DNA of 64,000 nucleotides from Octopus vulgaris (GCA_951406725.2 OX597826.1:68696001-68760000), one strand, 5' to 3'. Positions 46,180 to 59,917 are shown, numbered from the stretch's first letter. A program made the numbers and translations. Notes: a model not told the origin generated them from the letters alone.

Positions 46180-46580
46180 AAGGCGGCGAACGGGCAGAAA
46201 CGTTAGCACGCCGAGGGAAATGCTTAGCGGTATCTCGTCTGTCGTTACGTTCAGAGTTCAAATTCCGCCGAGGTAGATTCTGCCTTTCATCCTTTCGGGG
46301 TCGATTAAATAAGTACCAGTTATGCACTGGGGTCGATATAATCGACTTAATCCGTTTGTCTGGCCTTGGTTGTCCCCTCTGTGTTTAGCCCCTTGTGGGT
46401 AGTAAAGAAATAGGTATCTCGTCTGATATTACGTTCTGAGTTCAAATTCCGCCGAGGTTGACTTTGCTTTTGATTGTTTCAGGATCGATAAAATAAGTAC
46501 CAGTTGCATACTGGAGTCGATCTAACCGACTGGCCCCCTACCCCAAAATTTCGGGCCTTGTTCCTAGAGTAGTAAAGAAT
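46180..46580 (+). mobile_element. SINE family A dimer
   Basis: Head AGGCGGCGAACGGGCAGAAACGTTAGC, two body units, terminal tail GGGCCTTGTTCCTAGAGTAGTAAAGAAT. Confidence 0.85.
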
Positions 46581-47182
46581 GTTTGTGGTGGCATTACCAT
46601 ATTTCCATTTTAAGTGTATCTCTTTAGACTTTCATTAGAATCCATATGCATATAATACGCATCTACATATGTATACATGATTCTGTGCGCGTCTGTGTGT
46701 GTACCTGTAGAGCCTTCTCTAAATTTGAGTTTATATGTAAAACCTTTTATTCTCCAAAAATGTATTCTGGATTCATTCATACGAACGGGTCAATTTTCTT
46801 TCTGAAGGCGAACATAACTGACAATCAATGTTATAAACATCAACTCAAAGTGTCATTAAACATTTTATAGTGGAGTTTTCATGTAAATTTCACTCGCTCC
46901 TTCCTCACCGTTTCCTTCCAGTTGATGGATCGGTGTCTGTTTTTCGGGGTTTTTTTCCTCGGGGTAGAAATATTTAATGCTCAATGTTAAAATATATAAT
47001 TAAAATGGATATTATTTTATCTATATTTTATGCGCATAAATAGCTCTTTGTACCACATATATGTGTATTTCTATATTTATATATCATGGACGCAGGTTAA
47101 TTGATAATTATATTTTGATCATTATTGAGTTGAGTGTAGTCTTCAAATAAGTCCTTCCAAGTTGTGGAGACGGCCTACTTAC

Positions 47183-47309
47183 ATGTTTACAGGATATGAA
47201 ATTAACCATGATCAAAAATGAGATCAGTATTACTTTTAGTCTACAAGAATGGACCAACACACGAATATTTAGGGGTTTCATCAACAAAGAAATATTTGTC
47301 TTCAAATTT
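47183..47309 (-). other. candidate exon (possible signal-peptide-like start MKPLNIRVLVHSCRLKVILISFLIMVNFISCKH)
   Basis: Minus strand cttcag acceptor, ATG at 47281, hydrophobic stretch, strong donor CAT|GTAAGT. No homology recognised. Confidence 0.25.
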
Positions 47310-48979
47310 CTGAAGTTCTGCTGGCTATGATCAACCAGTCTAACATCTGATGTTTCTATATACTCCAGAGTTCTTATACTTCGTAGCTATTTATCACTTC
47401 CAATTACTCATAATTTAAAATGGCGACGAAAATACTCGAACATGTATTTCTTCGTGTAAATGGATTTATAATTTATTCATCACATTAGAGATGTTGTATC
47501 ATTTCATCATATCTTCTTTTACTTTCCTTCCGCATTGAATTTATTTATATATTCATTTTACCTTTTTCTCTCTTCACATGTAAAAGCAATTTATATTCAA
47601 TATTAAGCTTTAGATGAAAATTGTAATTAACTTGAATTAAATATTCTATATTGTATGATTGTAGCCAACCAGATTTTTGCATGTATGAAAGACGATTGTT
47701 TATTCTGGAAAAAAGCGCTGAATTGTAATTTTGCTGAAGGAATCCAGTCTAAAAATCTAGTAGTCTAAAATTAAAACCTTACGCATGTTATTTTATGCTC
47801 TAAGCCATTTTATGCTCGAATCCAGTTTAAAAAATCTAGTTGTCAAACATTAAAACCTTATTCATTTCATTTTATTCTCTGAGCCTACACCGGATGCTAA
47901 ATATACACGACTTGCAAGTATTTGACATTGATTTAAATTCAATAAAGTTTTATATGTATATATATTATTTGCCATGAAGGAAAACAAGGGATATTTGAAT
48001 GCCGAAACGAGTCTGTAAAGTGAAAGATTTTTACATACGTATGATGCTGAATACTAACAAAATTTTAATGTTTATTTTATGCTTAATATTGACCATTAAT
48101 TTCCTCTCGTGCTGAAGAGAGAGTAAATTGTGTGTTTTTATTGTTCAGTTAATTATCAGGTGAAGTAATAATTATTTTCCTTACAGCAATAAAACTAGTT
48201 TTCTTCAAAAACTTTGAAAAACAATTACAAGGAAAACAAATAAAAGCGCAATTAATGTATTTAATATTTTATTTGTCTGCAATAGGAACGTTTCGATCCA
48301 TGAGGTTATCATCACCACTTCTTATGGGTATAAACTAAAAAACAAAATCATAGGTGAATTATAATATACATTTAATACAAATATATAGCATATTTGCATG
48401 TATCAACAGTACTCACTTCAGAAAAGATATCAGATACAAGTGTTCCAGAGAAGATAATGTCAGCTATAGTTGAAGTTTTGTGGATATTTAGAGAAAGAAA
48501 CGACTTCTGTCGGTGGTGGAGGTAGATGAAGATTTTAAAACACAATGACGTACATTTTCGTCTCTTTTTGCCCCGAAGGCAGAGCAGTTCGTTAGGATAT
48601 TAGTGTTCTCGTTTCTGTAGTGAAAGTCTAGTTTTCGTTATTTCTATGCACAGTTAATCTGTTATATTTTGATGCTCTCTTCTCTCACGAACTAGTCGTT
48701 TGTGATTAAACATACCCGCAAGACATTTTCGAGAAGAAGAAGCCTATTTGTGAACGAGGTTAAAAATTCCTTGTTTTCAATATATATATATAGATGTGGG
48801 CGATTTTGTTATTAGCTTCTTTTCTTTTGCCGATTTTGAAATTTGGTTAAACGTACACATAGTCATGCCAGCATACATACGCATATGTATATCTGTGTGT
48901 GTGTGTGTAAGTATATATGCATACGCGTATATATATATATATATATATATGAGTGTGTGTGTCTATATATACATACATA

Positions 48980-49043
<64 letters not shown>

Positions 49044-49046
49044 GTG

Positions 49047-49084
<38 letters not shown>

Positions 49085-49105
49085 CAAACACACTTACATA
49101 CATAC

Positions 49106-49170
<65 letters not shown>

Positions 49171-49429
49171 CATCAATGTTGCTCGCCAACTTGATTTCAC
49201 GCATAACAATTTCTTATACGACACCTTCACCTCTCATAGTTTTCATAACATTTGTACTGAGGGAGTTAAAATTGTTAGTTAACCTTCGTATTTTCTTTAT
49301 ATTTTCGTGAAAAACGAAGCGCAATATTTGGTCAAGTATCACACAAACCGCTAATTTGTTCTTAGTAAACATCGAAAGTGATTTTTTTAGACCTTTAAGT
49401 TCTCCTTTGTACCTAAAGAACTACAGGGT

Positions 49430-50830
49430 CTATTGGTGCTGTTTAAGCTGTACTCATTTAAGCACATGTGTTGGTCTCCCAATATGTGATATTTCATTGA
49501 TGACTAATGTTCTAAAAGTGTACAACGAACTCGGATTGTGTAAGCAATGTTATCGCAAGATCCTCTACACTGCAGAGCTTTACCGTACTGACGTTTTCAA
49601 GCATTGAATTTCAATTTTGAATCTATAGACCACTGTTGTTCAAGATAGACCTTCCTCAACTTCAGCTCATTGTGCGATTTAACTCCAATGAACCGTTATG
49701 GTGTTCGAAGAGATATGCTTTTCTTTCTCCTCCTGATTTTAAGGGAAATTGTTTATGAGAGACTCGAGAATAAATTCTCCATAAATATCTTTGGAAGCCT
49801 GAAATCATCAAGCTAGATGACATGAACCACCTATCGGCTGTATTCTTACGCGTGGTCTCTTTTCGCTCTAGTGTCTCATTCTAGATTAAGATATAGTCGA
49901 GGCACCAAAGTGATGATCGTCAGTGTCAGACATTTGCTGGAGGAGCGCATAGAACAACCTATCACATATATATTTTTATTGCCCACGGGGGCGGGGCTAA
50001 ACATAGAGGGGACAAACAAGGACTGATAAAGGGATTAAGTCGATTACATCGACCTCACTGCGTAACTGGTTCTTATTTAATCGACCCCGAAAGGATGAAA
50101 GGCAATATCGATCTCGGTGGAATTTGAACGCAGAACGTAACGGCAGACGAAATAGCGTTAAGCATGTCGCCCGGCGTAAACGATTCTGCCAGCTCGCCTC
50201 CCTATCACATACGATACCTGATGAGACGCAATTCCATAATGAGACAGCAGGTCATCTTTTCTAACACATCTAAGTCAAATGCAAATGATTTGCAGTTGAT
50301 ATTTGATATTCGCCTTAATCTCTTTCGGTGAAAACTCTCGTACCTTTTTATGTGTCATCGATACGAAACCCATGACTCAGGTGTGTATAGTAGGGATATG
50401 ATGGCCGAAGCATCATAGATGCAAAGTTTGGGCAACGGTTTCAAGTCCCTGTCTGACTGGACTCAGTTCCTCAGGAATTCAAATGCAACTACCACCTTTT
50501 CAATAATTAAGTTGGTTTCGGAATCTAGGGATCGATCGCTAGAGATTGATCCAAAAAGATGCGGAAAAGAATCCCCTACATCAAATCTGATCCCTTGAAC
50601 ATGTGTATTTGGTTCCACAAAAGTCTCTTCTGAAACAGGTGTATCCATCACTTCACAAAGAGTATTGGCGCTGGAGACACAGGTAATAATTTATTCAATC
50701 TTGTATTCCATCAGGGTCACAACAGCACAGTCGGAAGCAAACGTTATAAAAGACTTTGATTTAACTTCTAAATGGTTCTGATTAAGACATTTCATCTGTT
50801 GTGCAATAGCGTACAGAGAAGGTTAGACAT
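49430..50830 (-). mobile_element. degraded RTE-clade LINE (RT C-terminal part)
   Basis: Minus-strand peptides FASDCAVV (cf. FADDCAL), FPHLFGSISSDRSLDSETNLIIEKVVVAF, LLYTPESW, FHRKRLRRISNI and RLPKIF. Confidence 0.8.
49969..50200 (-). mobile_element. SINE family A monomer nested in the RTE LINE
   Basis: 11-bp TSD cctatcacata at 49958-49968 and 50201-50211. Confidence 0.85.
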
Positions 50831-51407
50831 GGGTCCTTAAATCCTTAAGCAATCTCAACCAGCGAAAACGTTTACACTGCTTAACACTTGCCCGGAAACG
50901 AAAAACATCTGACATGAAATATCGCGTTCACAAAATTCTTTAACTAGACAAAGAACTCAATAACTTAAGTGGGTACCCTAGCTTTTCAAGATATTTCAAA
51001 TTGTATTTCTATTCAAGGTGACAAATGTATACATTAGCTCCACAAAATCTTGGTACACAGGAAGTTTCTGTTCCATGCGATCCTCCAGCAAATGCCTGAC
51101 ACTAACGATCATCACATTGGTGCTTCGACTAGGTCTTAATCTAGAATGAGGCACTAGAGCAAAAAGAGACCACATGTAAGACTACAGCTGACTAAAAAGA
51201 ATTCAACTGCAAATATTTCCCAGAGCTACAAGAAGATAAAACGAAACTTACCATTGTTATACGTAACGGCATCATACCTCACTCTCGCACACACACTCGC
51301 ACACACGCATACACACACCCACACACACACACACACACACATACATATATATGTACATATATATTTGCATTGTATATTTGAATATGTTTATGTGCATATA
51401 TTTATTT

Positions 51408-51670
51408 GTGGAGGCGCGTGGCTTAGTGGTTAGGGTGTCAGCACCATGATCGTAAGATTGTTGTTTCGATTCTTGGACCGAGAGACGCTTTGTGTTCTTG
51501 AGCAAATCACTTCATTTCACGTTGCTCCAGTCCACTCAGCTGGCAAAAATGAGTAACGCTGCGATGGACTGGCTTCCCTTCCAGCTAGGGATCACATACG
51601 CCATAGAAACCGAGAAACCGGGCCCATGAGCCTGGCTAGGCTTTAAAAAGGGGCGCATTTATTTATTTTA
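51408..51670 (+). mobile_element. SINE family C
   Basis: A-box TGGCTTAGTGG, B-box GTTTCGATTC, CORE-like TTCTTGAGCAAATCACTT, V-like CTGCGATGGACTGGC, (TTTA)n tail. Confidence 0.85.
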
Positions 51671-51724
51671 TTATATATTTATGTACATTGATATATATGT
51701 ATTATATATGCATATGTATGTATG

Positions 51725-51764
<40 letters not shown>

Positions 51765-51985
51765 CATATTCTTTTTCTAGAATTAGATATCGAAGAAAAT
51801 ACAAATAAATAAATAACAACATATAATTATTGGTTTGCAGAGCACTTCGGGATTGGAAAAGTGGAGGACATACGTATCCAAGTTTATGCTTTTATTCAAT
51901 ATTTACAAGTTGTAATTTATAGATTTATCTACTTCGCGTTCCACCCTTAATAGAGATTTATACGTACGTTTGTATGTGTGTGTAT

Positions 51986-52046
<61 letters not shown>

Positions 52047-52047
52047 C

Positions 52048-52141
<94 letters not shown>

Positions 52142-52531
52142 ATATATATACATGTGTGTGTGTATGGTGTTCAGAATTAGTATCAATTTGTGAAATATCG
52201 GCTTCCAATCGAATTTCATGAAGTATTCGATTGTGATTAAACATGTCCGCGAGCTATTTTTCTCTCCAAATATCTATTTGGGATCGAGGCAGAAAATATT
52301 TTGCTTCGAATACGTTGGAGTGTTATTTAATTACCAGCCGAAACCAGTATATTTTAGGAAAACTATTGATACATATAAACACACAATGTGTGCGTATATA
52401 TTTCTGTTTTCGATATATATATAACTTAATACTACTTCGAATTTCCTTATGAATATAAGATGCCTTGATGATGCTCATACGGGTCAACATTGATACAGAA
52501 AATGTTTCAAACAAATTAGTTTTCTTTTTAT

Positions 52532-52743
52532 AAGGCGGGCTGCTGTCAGAGTTGTTAAAACGCCGGGCATAATGCTTGGCGTCATTTCGTTCGTTCAGTG
52601 TTCAAACTGCATCGGGATAATCTTCGCATTTTATCCTTCCGAGGTTCATAAAATAAGTATTACTTGAGTACTGGGTCGATGTTATTGACTAGCACCCTCT
52701 ACCGAAATTTTCACGACTAATACTATTAGTAGAAAGGATTATT
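52532..52743 (+). mobile_element. old diverged SINE family A monomer
   Basis: Degenerate head AAGGCGGGCTGCTGTCAGAG..ACGCCGGGC, TTTTATCCTTCCGAGGTTCATAAAATAAGTA, tail AGTAGAAAGGATTATT. Confidence 0.6.
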
Positions 52744-52788
52744 TGGCATATCGCTTAGTGCTTTTCTACAATACTATTTAGAGCATCG

Positions 52789-53598
52789 AAGGCGGCGAGC
52801 TGGCACGCCGGGCGAAATGCGTAGCGGTATTTCGTCTGCCGCTACGTTGTGAGTTCTAATTCCGTTGAGGTCAACTTTGCCTTTCATCCTTTCGGGGTCG
52901 ATTAAATAAGCACCAGTTACGCACTGGGGTTGGATGTAATCGACTTAATACCTATGCCTGTCCTTGTTTGTCTCCTCTATTTTTACCCCTTGTGGGTAAT
53001 AAAAAAATAGGTATTTCGTCTGCCGCTACGTTCTGAGTTCAAATTCCGCCGAGGCCAACTTTGCCTTTCATCCTTTCGGGGTCGATTAAATAAGTACCAG
53101 TTACGCACTTGGGTCGATATAATCGACTTAATCCGTTTGTCTGTCCTTGTTTGTCGTCTCTGTCTGTAGCCCCTTGTGAGCAGTAAAGAAATAGGTGTTT
53201 CGTCTGCCTCTACGTTCTGAGTTCAAATTCCGCCGAGGTTGACATTGCTTTTCATCCTTTCGTGGTCGATAAATTAAGTACCAGTTACGCAGTGGGGTCG
53301 ATATAATCGACTTAAAATCCTTTTTTCTGTCCTTGTTTGTCCCCTTTATGTGGGCAATAAAGCGTATTAGTGCCCCTTTTGTGGACAATAAAGAAATAAG
53401 AAGCGTTAGCACGCCGGGCGAAATGCTTAGTGGTATTTCGTCTGTCTTATGTTCTGATTTCAAATTCCGCCGAGGTCGACTTTGCTTTTCATCCTTCCGA
53501 GGTCGATAAATTATGTACCAGTTGCTTACTGGGGTCGATCTAATCGACTGGGGGCCCTCTCCCAAAATGTCGGGCCTTATGCCTAGAGTAGAGGAGAA
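52789..53598 (+). mobile_element. SINE family A tandem concatemer (4 units) with a single TSD
   Basis: Four body units. Flanking duplication tatttagagcatcg (52775-52788) / tatctagaacatcg (53599-53612). Confidence 0.85.
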
Positions 53599-53824
53599 TA
53601 TCTAGAACATCGCTCAATAAAGTGAATAATAAAAATACCGGGAATACATACATATACATGTATGCTTCTCGAAGCAGCAATCGAATCCTATATGTGTACA
53701 GATTCATACCCGTCACTACTCTTTCCTATCTCCAACAACGGAACCACAGCACCTTTTCCTACCTAACTCATCACCATTTTCCTTCACTCCTAAAAACAGT
53801 ATGTTTGCTCTCACTCACCTTGTG

Positions 53825-54032
53825 CTTTTCTTCAGATGAAAGTCTAACGTCCGAAACTTTAATTAACTTACCCATCATTTTAATCGTTAATCTAATGCAG
53901 TATAGGTTTAAAGATGTACCTTCTGCTTCCAAAATTATCTCACTTTACTTCACTCTGAACCACATATTCTTACTTTCATTCATCCTACGATTTTCATCTG
54001 ATGAACGACTAACACCCGAAACGTCAAAACAT
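53825..54032 (+). ncRNA. two tandem degenerate minimal hammerhead-like motifs (PLE-type)
   Basis: CAGATGAA..CCGAAACTT at 53833-53859 and CTGATGAA..CCGAAACGTC at 53998-54025, 165 bp apart in pyrimidine-rich context. Confidence 0.5.
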
Positions 54033-54196
54033 ATTTCCCCCGTTTAACTAATACGCTATTTATTTACACATGACCCTCTTGTGATGCCATTTTCGATTTG
54101 TTTTCGCTTATTATGTTTTCTATATATGAGTACGTAATTGAGTGTGTGTCTGTGTATATGCATGTGTGAAATAATATCTAGGAATCCAACGATGAA

Positions 54197-54241
<45 letters not shown>

Positions 54242-54737
54242 CTACACATATATAAACATATATATATATGTGCATATATTTGAGCATTTATATACATACA
54301 TATATATATATATAAACACAAATATATACACATGTATATATGTTAACTATATATATATATATAAACGCAAAAATATTTACATATGTATATATGTTTGTAT
54401 ATAACGATATAGAATCACTTACACCAATCAATTGTAAGCTGGTTTCTCAGCGGCTGCTTGCTGATCTATTCGACTGAGCTTCATGTATCTACTGAAACAG
54501 TTGACACGCTTATAAGTGGTCGAAAATGCAACAGATCATTCATATATGATGTAGAATCGATCCTCACGGACAATGCTATGCAGGAGATATTCTATTAAAA
54601 TTAGCTTTATCTTATCAGATGGATTGAACCATAATAGTTTCTGTGGAAATTTCCATTCTCACAAAGACAGCATATTAGAAATGGAAGTACGTATGTCATG
54701 TTTTGATACGTACGCAAGCGTACATAAGTGTGTACAC

Positions 54738-54776
<39 letters not shown>

Positions 54777-54797
54777 CACACAGACACAAATATTTAC

Positions 54798-54859
<62 letters not shown>

Positions 54860-55099
54860 TTTTGTGTGTGTGTCTGTAGATATACATATATATATACAAA
54901 TATATATATAAACGCATTGAATATATTTGTATGTATGTGTTATGGATATACATGTGTATAATAATGTACGTGCGCATCGCTGAAGGAAGCCAGAGAATAT
55001 TATCTGTTTTGATCTATCCTGTTCGCATGACTGTTGCTAACATCATAAATATTTAAAGTTACTCTAGTTTGGAGCTGTTACCTCAATAAGTTCTTAAAA

Positions 55100-55410
<311 letters not shown>

Positions 55411-55470
55411 ACATGAAGTATAACAAAATGTAGGAAGTCAATTATATACACAGTTTACACACATACCTAC

Positions 55471-55522
<52 letters not shown>

Positions 55523-55591
55523 GATAGATGTATATATGTATATATATATGTATATATGATATACATATTTATATATATATGTATATATTTC

Positions 55592-55634
<43 letters not shown>

Positions 55635-55847
55635 ACACAAGTATGTAAACAATATCTGTTCCTCTGTTGTAGTAGATTGAGCGTGCTATATGATTGTTTT
55701 CCGCTCTCATCCTTTGAGATGCTATTCAGAAATATGATGAAACTAAGTGCCAAGGCCCTTATGTACGAATGTACGAATGCATGAACGTACGTGCGTATGT
55801 ATGCATCCATATACGTATGTTCATAATGTTGCATGAATATAAGTTGT

Positions 55848-55887
<40 letters not shown>

Positions 55888-55893
<6 letters not shown>

Positions 55894-56016
55894 CTACATA
55901 CTTGAACATACATAGAAGTATATATATATATATATATATATTCGTATGTATATATCTAATATATGTATGGTATACAATATATACATGTAAAGTATATACT
56001 GATATATATATATATA

Positions 56017-56077
<61 letters not shown>

Positions 56078-56115
56078 ATATATATAATATACTACATACT
56101 TGAACATACATAGAA

Positions 56116-56155
<40 letters not shown>

Positions 56156-56221
56156 TATGTATATATCTAATATATGTATGGTATACAATATATACATGTA
56201 AAGTATATACTGATATATATA

Positions 56222-56230
<9 letters not shown>
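55888..56230. repeat. tandem duplication of a ~198-bp (TA)n-interspersed unit
   Basis: AATATACTACATACTTGAACATACATAGAAG..TCGTATGTATATATCTAATATATGTATGGTATACAAT..GTAAAGTATATACTG at 55888 and 56086. Confidence 0.85.
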
Positions 56231-56264
<34 letters not shown>

Positions 56265-56282
56265 GTATGTATATATGTATGC

Positions 56283-56321
<39 letters not shown>

Positions 56322-56806
56322 GTTCATGTTCGTAAGTATTCGAACTTTGTAGTGTATTTCTATAGAATTGTGTCTATGTAAAAGGATTGGCAGAAAAAAT
56401 TCTAGCTTTCCATTGTGCCTTTGACGTCTCAATGCTAATACTTTAAGTCTATTGGTTATTAAATATATTATATACACCAATTCTGGTGATATAAATAATA
56501 TCGATAAAATGAAGAGAAAAAAATTTTCCCAAAAACCTTGTTTACCGCGTCTGTATGCTTCAATGTTAGGCTGACATCCTCACTGAAAACACACACATAC
56601 AAAATCACTCAGCGCACACTGACACTCATACGCAACACGCACCACAACCACTTACGCATCCACACATATTGCACTAACAGTCAGTTATACACATTTACAG
56701 ACTGCGCAAGTATTGTCCGTCTTTGTATGTGTCTGTGTGATTTTATATAAATATGTGTATAGATCAATGTATGCATGTACATATATATATATATATATAT
56801 ATATAC

Positions 56807-56869
<63 letters not shown>

Positions 56870-57498
56870 TAGAAATATATATATATAAATAAAAATCTAT
56901 CTATCTATATATATATATATATTTATATCAACAGTAACAATAATAATAATACGGATTATTACGATATTACGTAGCATTACCTTTAATTCTTTATATATAT
57001 ACACCTATATGATGACATATACAGCAGTATTTATATATATATTATGAGTGTCTATGCTTGTTATATTATATTTTATTTATTAAATCGACATATCCAGCAT
57101 ATATACACGTTCATTCACACACCTCTATACACATCCAAGCCATCAAACTACAAACATTTTCCAACGTATGTAAATCTACTTATATATATTACATACGAAC
57201 AAATGACATTTTTTTTTTCACTTTTGCTTCTCTGTATTAGTCTAAAACCAAAATATTCCAGAATTGCCTTATTCCTGGCTGTGTGGTTAAGAAGCTGGCT
57301 ATGCCAGCAAGTGAATTCGATATCAGACTCACTGCGTAGCATCTGGAGCAGGTGGCTTCAACTACGTCCGAAGAAGTTCTTGAGGGTGAAATTGGCTGAC
57401 AGTGATAAATGGGAAGCTCGTCATATATACATGCATACATACATACATACATACATACATACATACATACGTACATACATACATACATATATACATAC

Positions 57499-57554
<56 letters not shown>

Positions 57555-57556
<2 letters not shown>

Positions 57557-57720
57557 AGAGTTTACGAAAAATACAAAAGACGAAGACAGGTGGTGTACAA
57601 AACAAACACATGTAATTGTATAACGCTCAGGAATAGAAAAATCTTTTACGTTTCGAGCCTACGCTCTTCTACAGAAAGGAACACAGAAAACACAAGGAGA
57701 GAAAAGATATACATACATAC

Positions 57721-57768
<48 letters not shown>

Positions 57769-57950
57769 GAAATTTACAGAAAAATAAAAGACGAAGACAG
57801 GTGTATAAACAACAAGCAGGTGTCTTAATTTGACACTCGGGAATGTGATTAAGTCTTTCACGTTCCGAGCCCACGCTTTTCAAGTGAAAAGAACACGCGG
57901 AAATAAACAGAGAGAGAATAAAATAGCTTGTGGATTGAGCGATCAAGCAT
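57555..57950 (-). mobile_element. two adjacent (TA)n-separated copies of the minimal-hammerhead element
   Basis: 57555-57707 has CUUU-CUGUAGAA-GAGC-GUAG-GCUC-GAAA-CGUA-AAAG (57643-57678). 57765-57950 is a degenerate copy. Confidence 0.7.
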
Positions 57951-58009
57951 GGCGGCTGAAATTATATATGTATATTAATTATTCGCAATTCAACCAAAAG
58001 GCACAGTAT

Positions 58010-58360
58010 AGATGTCACTAAAGGGACCGAGGGTGTTTGTGAGCACCAGCATTGCTAGAAATTAGAGTCAGAAAGGGGAAGCACTTCTGTAATGACTATA
58101 GCAATCGTGGCTGAGCCGAATCACCGAGCGATGATTGCGGGTTTGATTATTACTCACCAGAGACTCTCACCCGGGTGCAAGTCACTGATGTTGATTAATC
58201 AAATCCAAAAGCATCGATGATCAGTCTTCGTCTAGCTTGCTGTAAGGAGCTTGTCTCCATTGTAAGTCACTAGAGAAGTGCTTCCTTGTGCTAAGAGTTG
58301 TTCTAATTCTGATCTCTAGCAATACTGGTGCTGATTATCACCTTCGGTCACTGAAGTCAC

Positions 58361-58362
<2 letters not shown>
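58010..58362. repeat. diverged fold-back element near (TA)n
   Basis: GACCGAGGGTG..AGCACCAGCATTGCTAGA..GGAAGCACTTCT is inverted as AGAAGTGCTTCC..TCTAGCAATACTGGTGCT..CACCTTCGGTC; loop near 58170. Confidence 0.7.
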
Positions 58363-58401
<39 letters not shown>

Positions 58402-58405
<4 letters not shown>

Positions 58406-59146
58406 TAAAAATCACAATAAGGGTGAAAAAAATTGAATATTAATTAATAGCATCAATTTAAAACACCAAGTGGCCTAGCGTATAAAAAGACTGGGATACA
58501 GTAAAAATTATTAATACAAGTAATAAGACAGAGACCACATGTGGTCACTCTAACGCTAGATATAGATCCGCAAAGGGAATCCACCACTAAAGAATTGTTC
58601 TCAAGCATTAATTCAACACGCCAATAATGTAAGCGGGCACGACAAATGAAAAATAACGGAAAAATAGATTAACTCTATACAATTGTTTCATCGTTAATAG
58701 ATTGTGTAATTGTACTTACATAATCATTTTCGAATCTTCAGTAGAGTATATCAAAAATATAATTTGCTGAGCCGAATGCCAGAATCCATACGAAGCCGAG
58801 AAAAGGCGAACGGCACAGCCGATTATATTTGCAGTTACGTTCAAATATCCTCATTTCTGGAACGTTGAAAATACCGGATGTAAATACTACCCCAGTAATT
58901 TACTGCCGGTTTGAGAACATATTAATTTATAATTAAAATCACAATAATTTATAATTTCATCTATTAACGATGAAACAATTGTATAGAGTTAATCTATTTT
59001 TTCGTTATTTTTCATTTGTCCTGCCCGCTTACATTCTTGGCGTGTTGAATTAATGCTTGAGAGCAATTCTTTAGTGGTGGATTCCCTTTGCGGATCTATA
59101 TCTAGCGTTAGAGTGACCACATGTGGTCTCTCTTTTATTACTTGTA
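58402..59146 (-). mobile_element. Penelope-like pseudo-LTR composite: short direct repeat plus inverted copy
   Basis: AATTAAAA(A)TCACAATAA at 58403 and 58931. 58959-59146 is the reverse complement of 58515-58702. Hammerhead inside; (TA)n on both sides. Confidence 0.75.
58672..58747 (-). ncRNA. type I hammerhead ribozyme motif
   Basis: Minus strand ACUCUA-CUGAAGA-UUCG...CGAU-GAAA-CAAUUG-UA-UAGAGU. 6-bp stem I, intact core, long stem II, palindromic stem III, GUA triplet. Confidence 0.8.
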
Positions 59147-59917
59147 TATATATATACATATATATATATTCATATTTGGCAGAAGTAAAAGAGTTACCTA
59201 AGGATTAAATATTTTGTGCGTTGGTACTTATCAATTATTTTGAGCTTTATTTTTACCTATTTGCCTCATCAAACCTTTGTGAGTGTGTATGTCTAAGTGT
59301 GTATGTGTGCGCATATGTATGTATGTATGTTGTTTCTACCTGCGTGTGTTCCTTTGTGTTTGTCTCCCATCTTCACCTGACATCTGGACTGTTTGCTCAA
59401 GCCCTGTAACAGAGCTGCTCGGCTAAAGAGTTCGATGGAGTCAGTACCCGACTTTAAAACGTAACTAGCATTGTCTATTTATTCAGCAAAAGCTCGAAAT
59501 TTTGCGCAGCGGGCTCAAACTTGAAATCATGTGGATGTAGTCCAACGTCTGGATTACATAGCTATACATTGGACAATAGAGATCCCTAATTATCGAGTCG
59601 AAATTATACTCAATTATGGCTCTACTCATAACACACTTGATCTTCGCCAAAACACCAATACTAACAACATTAGGCTATTACAGTATTTGTCATTTGAACT
59701 TCATTAAATTACAATGTTTATATTTGCTGTTTGCCTCAAATGTAATAATAAACATTATTTATTGGAATTTATCAGTATTTATATTTAATTTTATTGCTTT
59801 CTTATTGTTGATTCACTCAATGTCACGTTCTGTCCACCAGACATGATTTATACCATTTCATTCTTTACCATCGCAGATTGTCACTGAGGTCTCAGCAGCA
59901 AACATACATTTGATATA

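Noticed and set aside
48283-48318. GUGAUGA..GAAACGUU hammerhead-like motif on the minus strand
   Set aside because: C3 is mutated and the stems are weak.
55442-57766. 280-aa and 240-aa YI-repeat ORFs (and the many similar ORFs window-wide)
   Set aside because: Translations of (TA)n/(CA)n/(TACA)n microsatellites.
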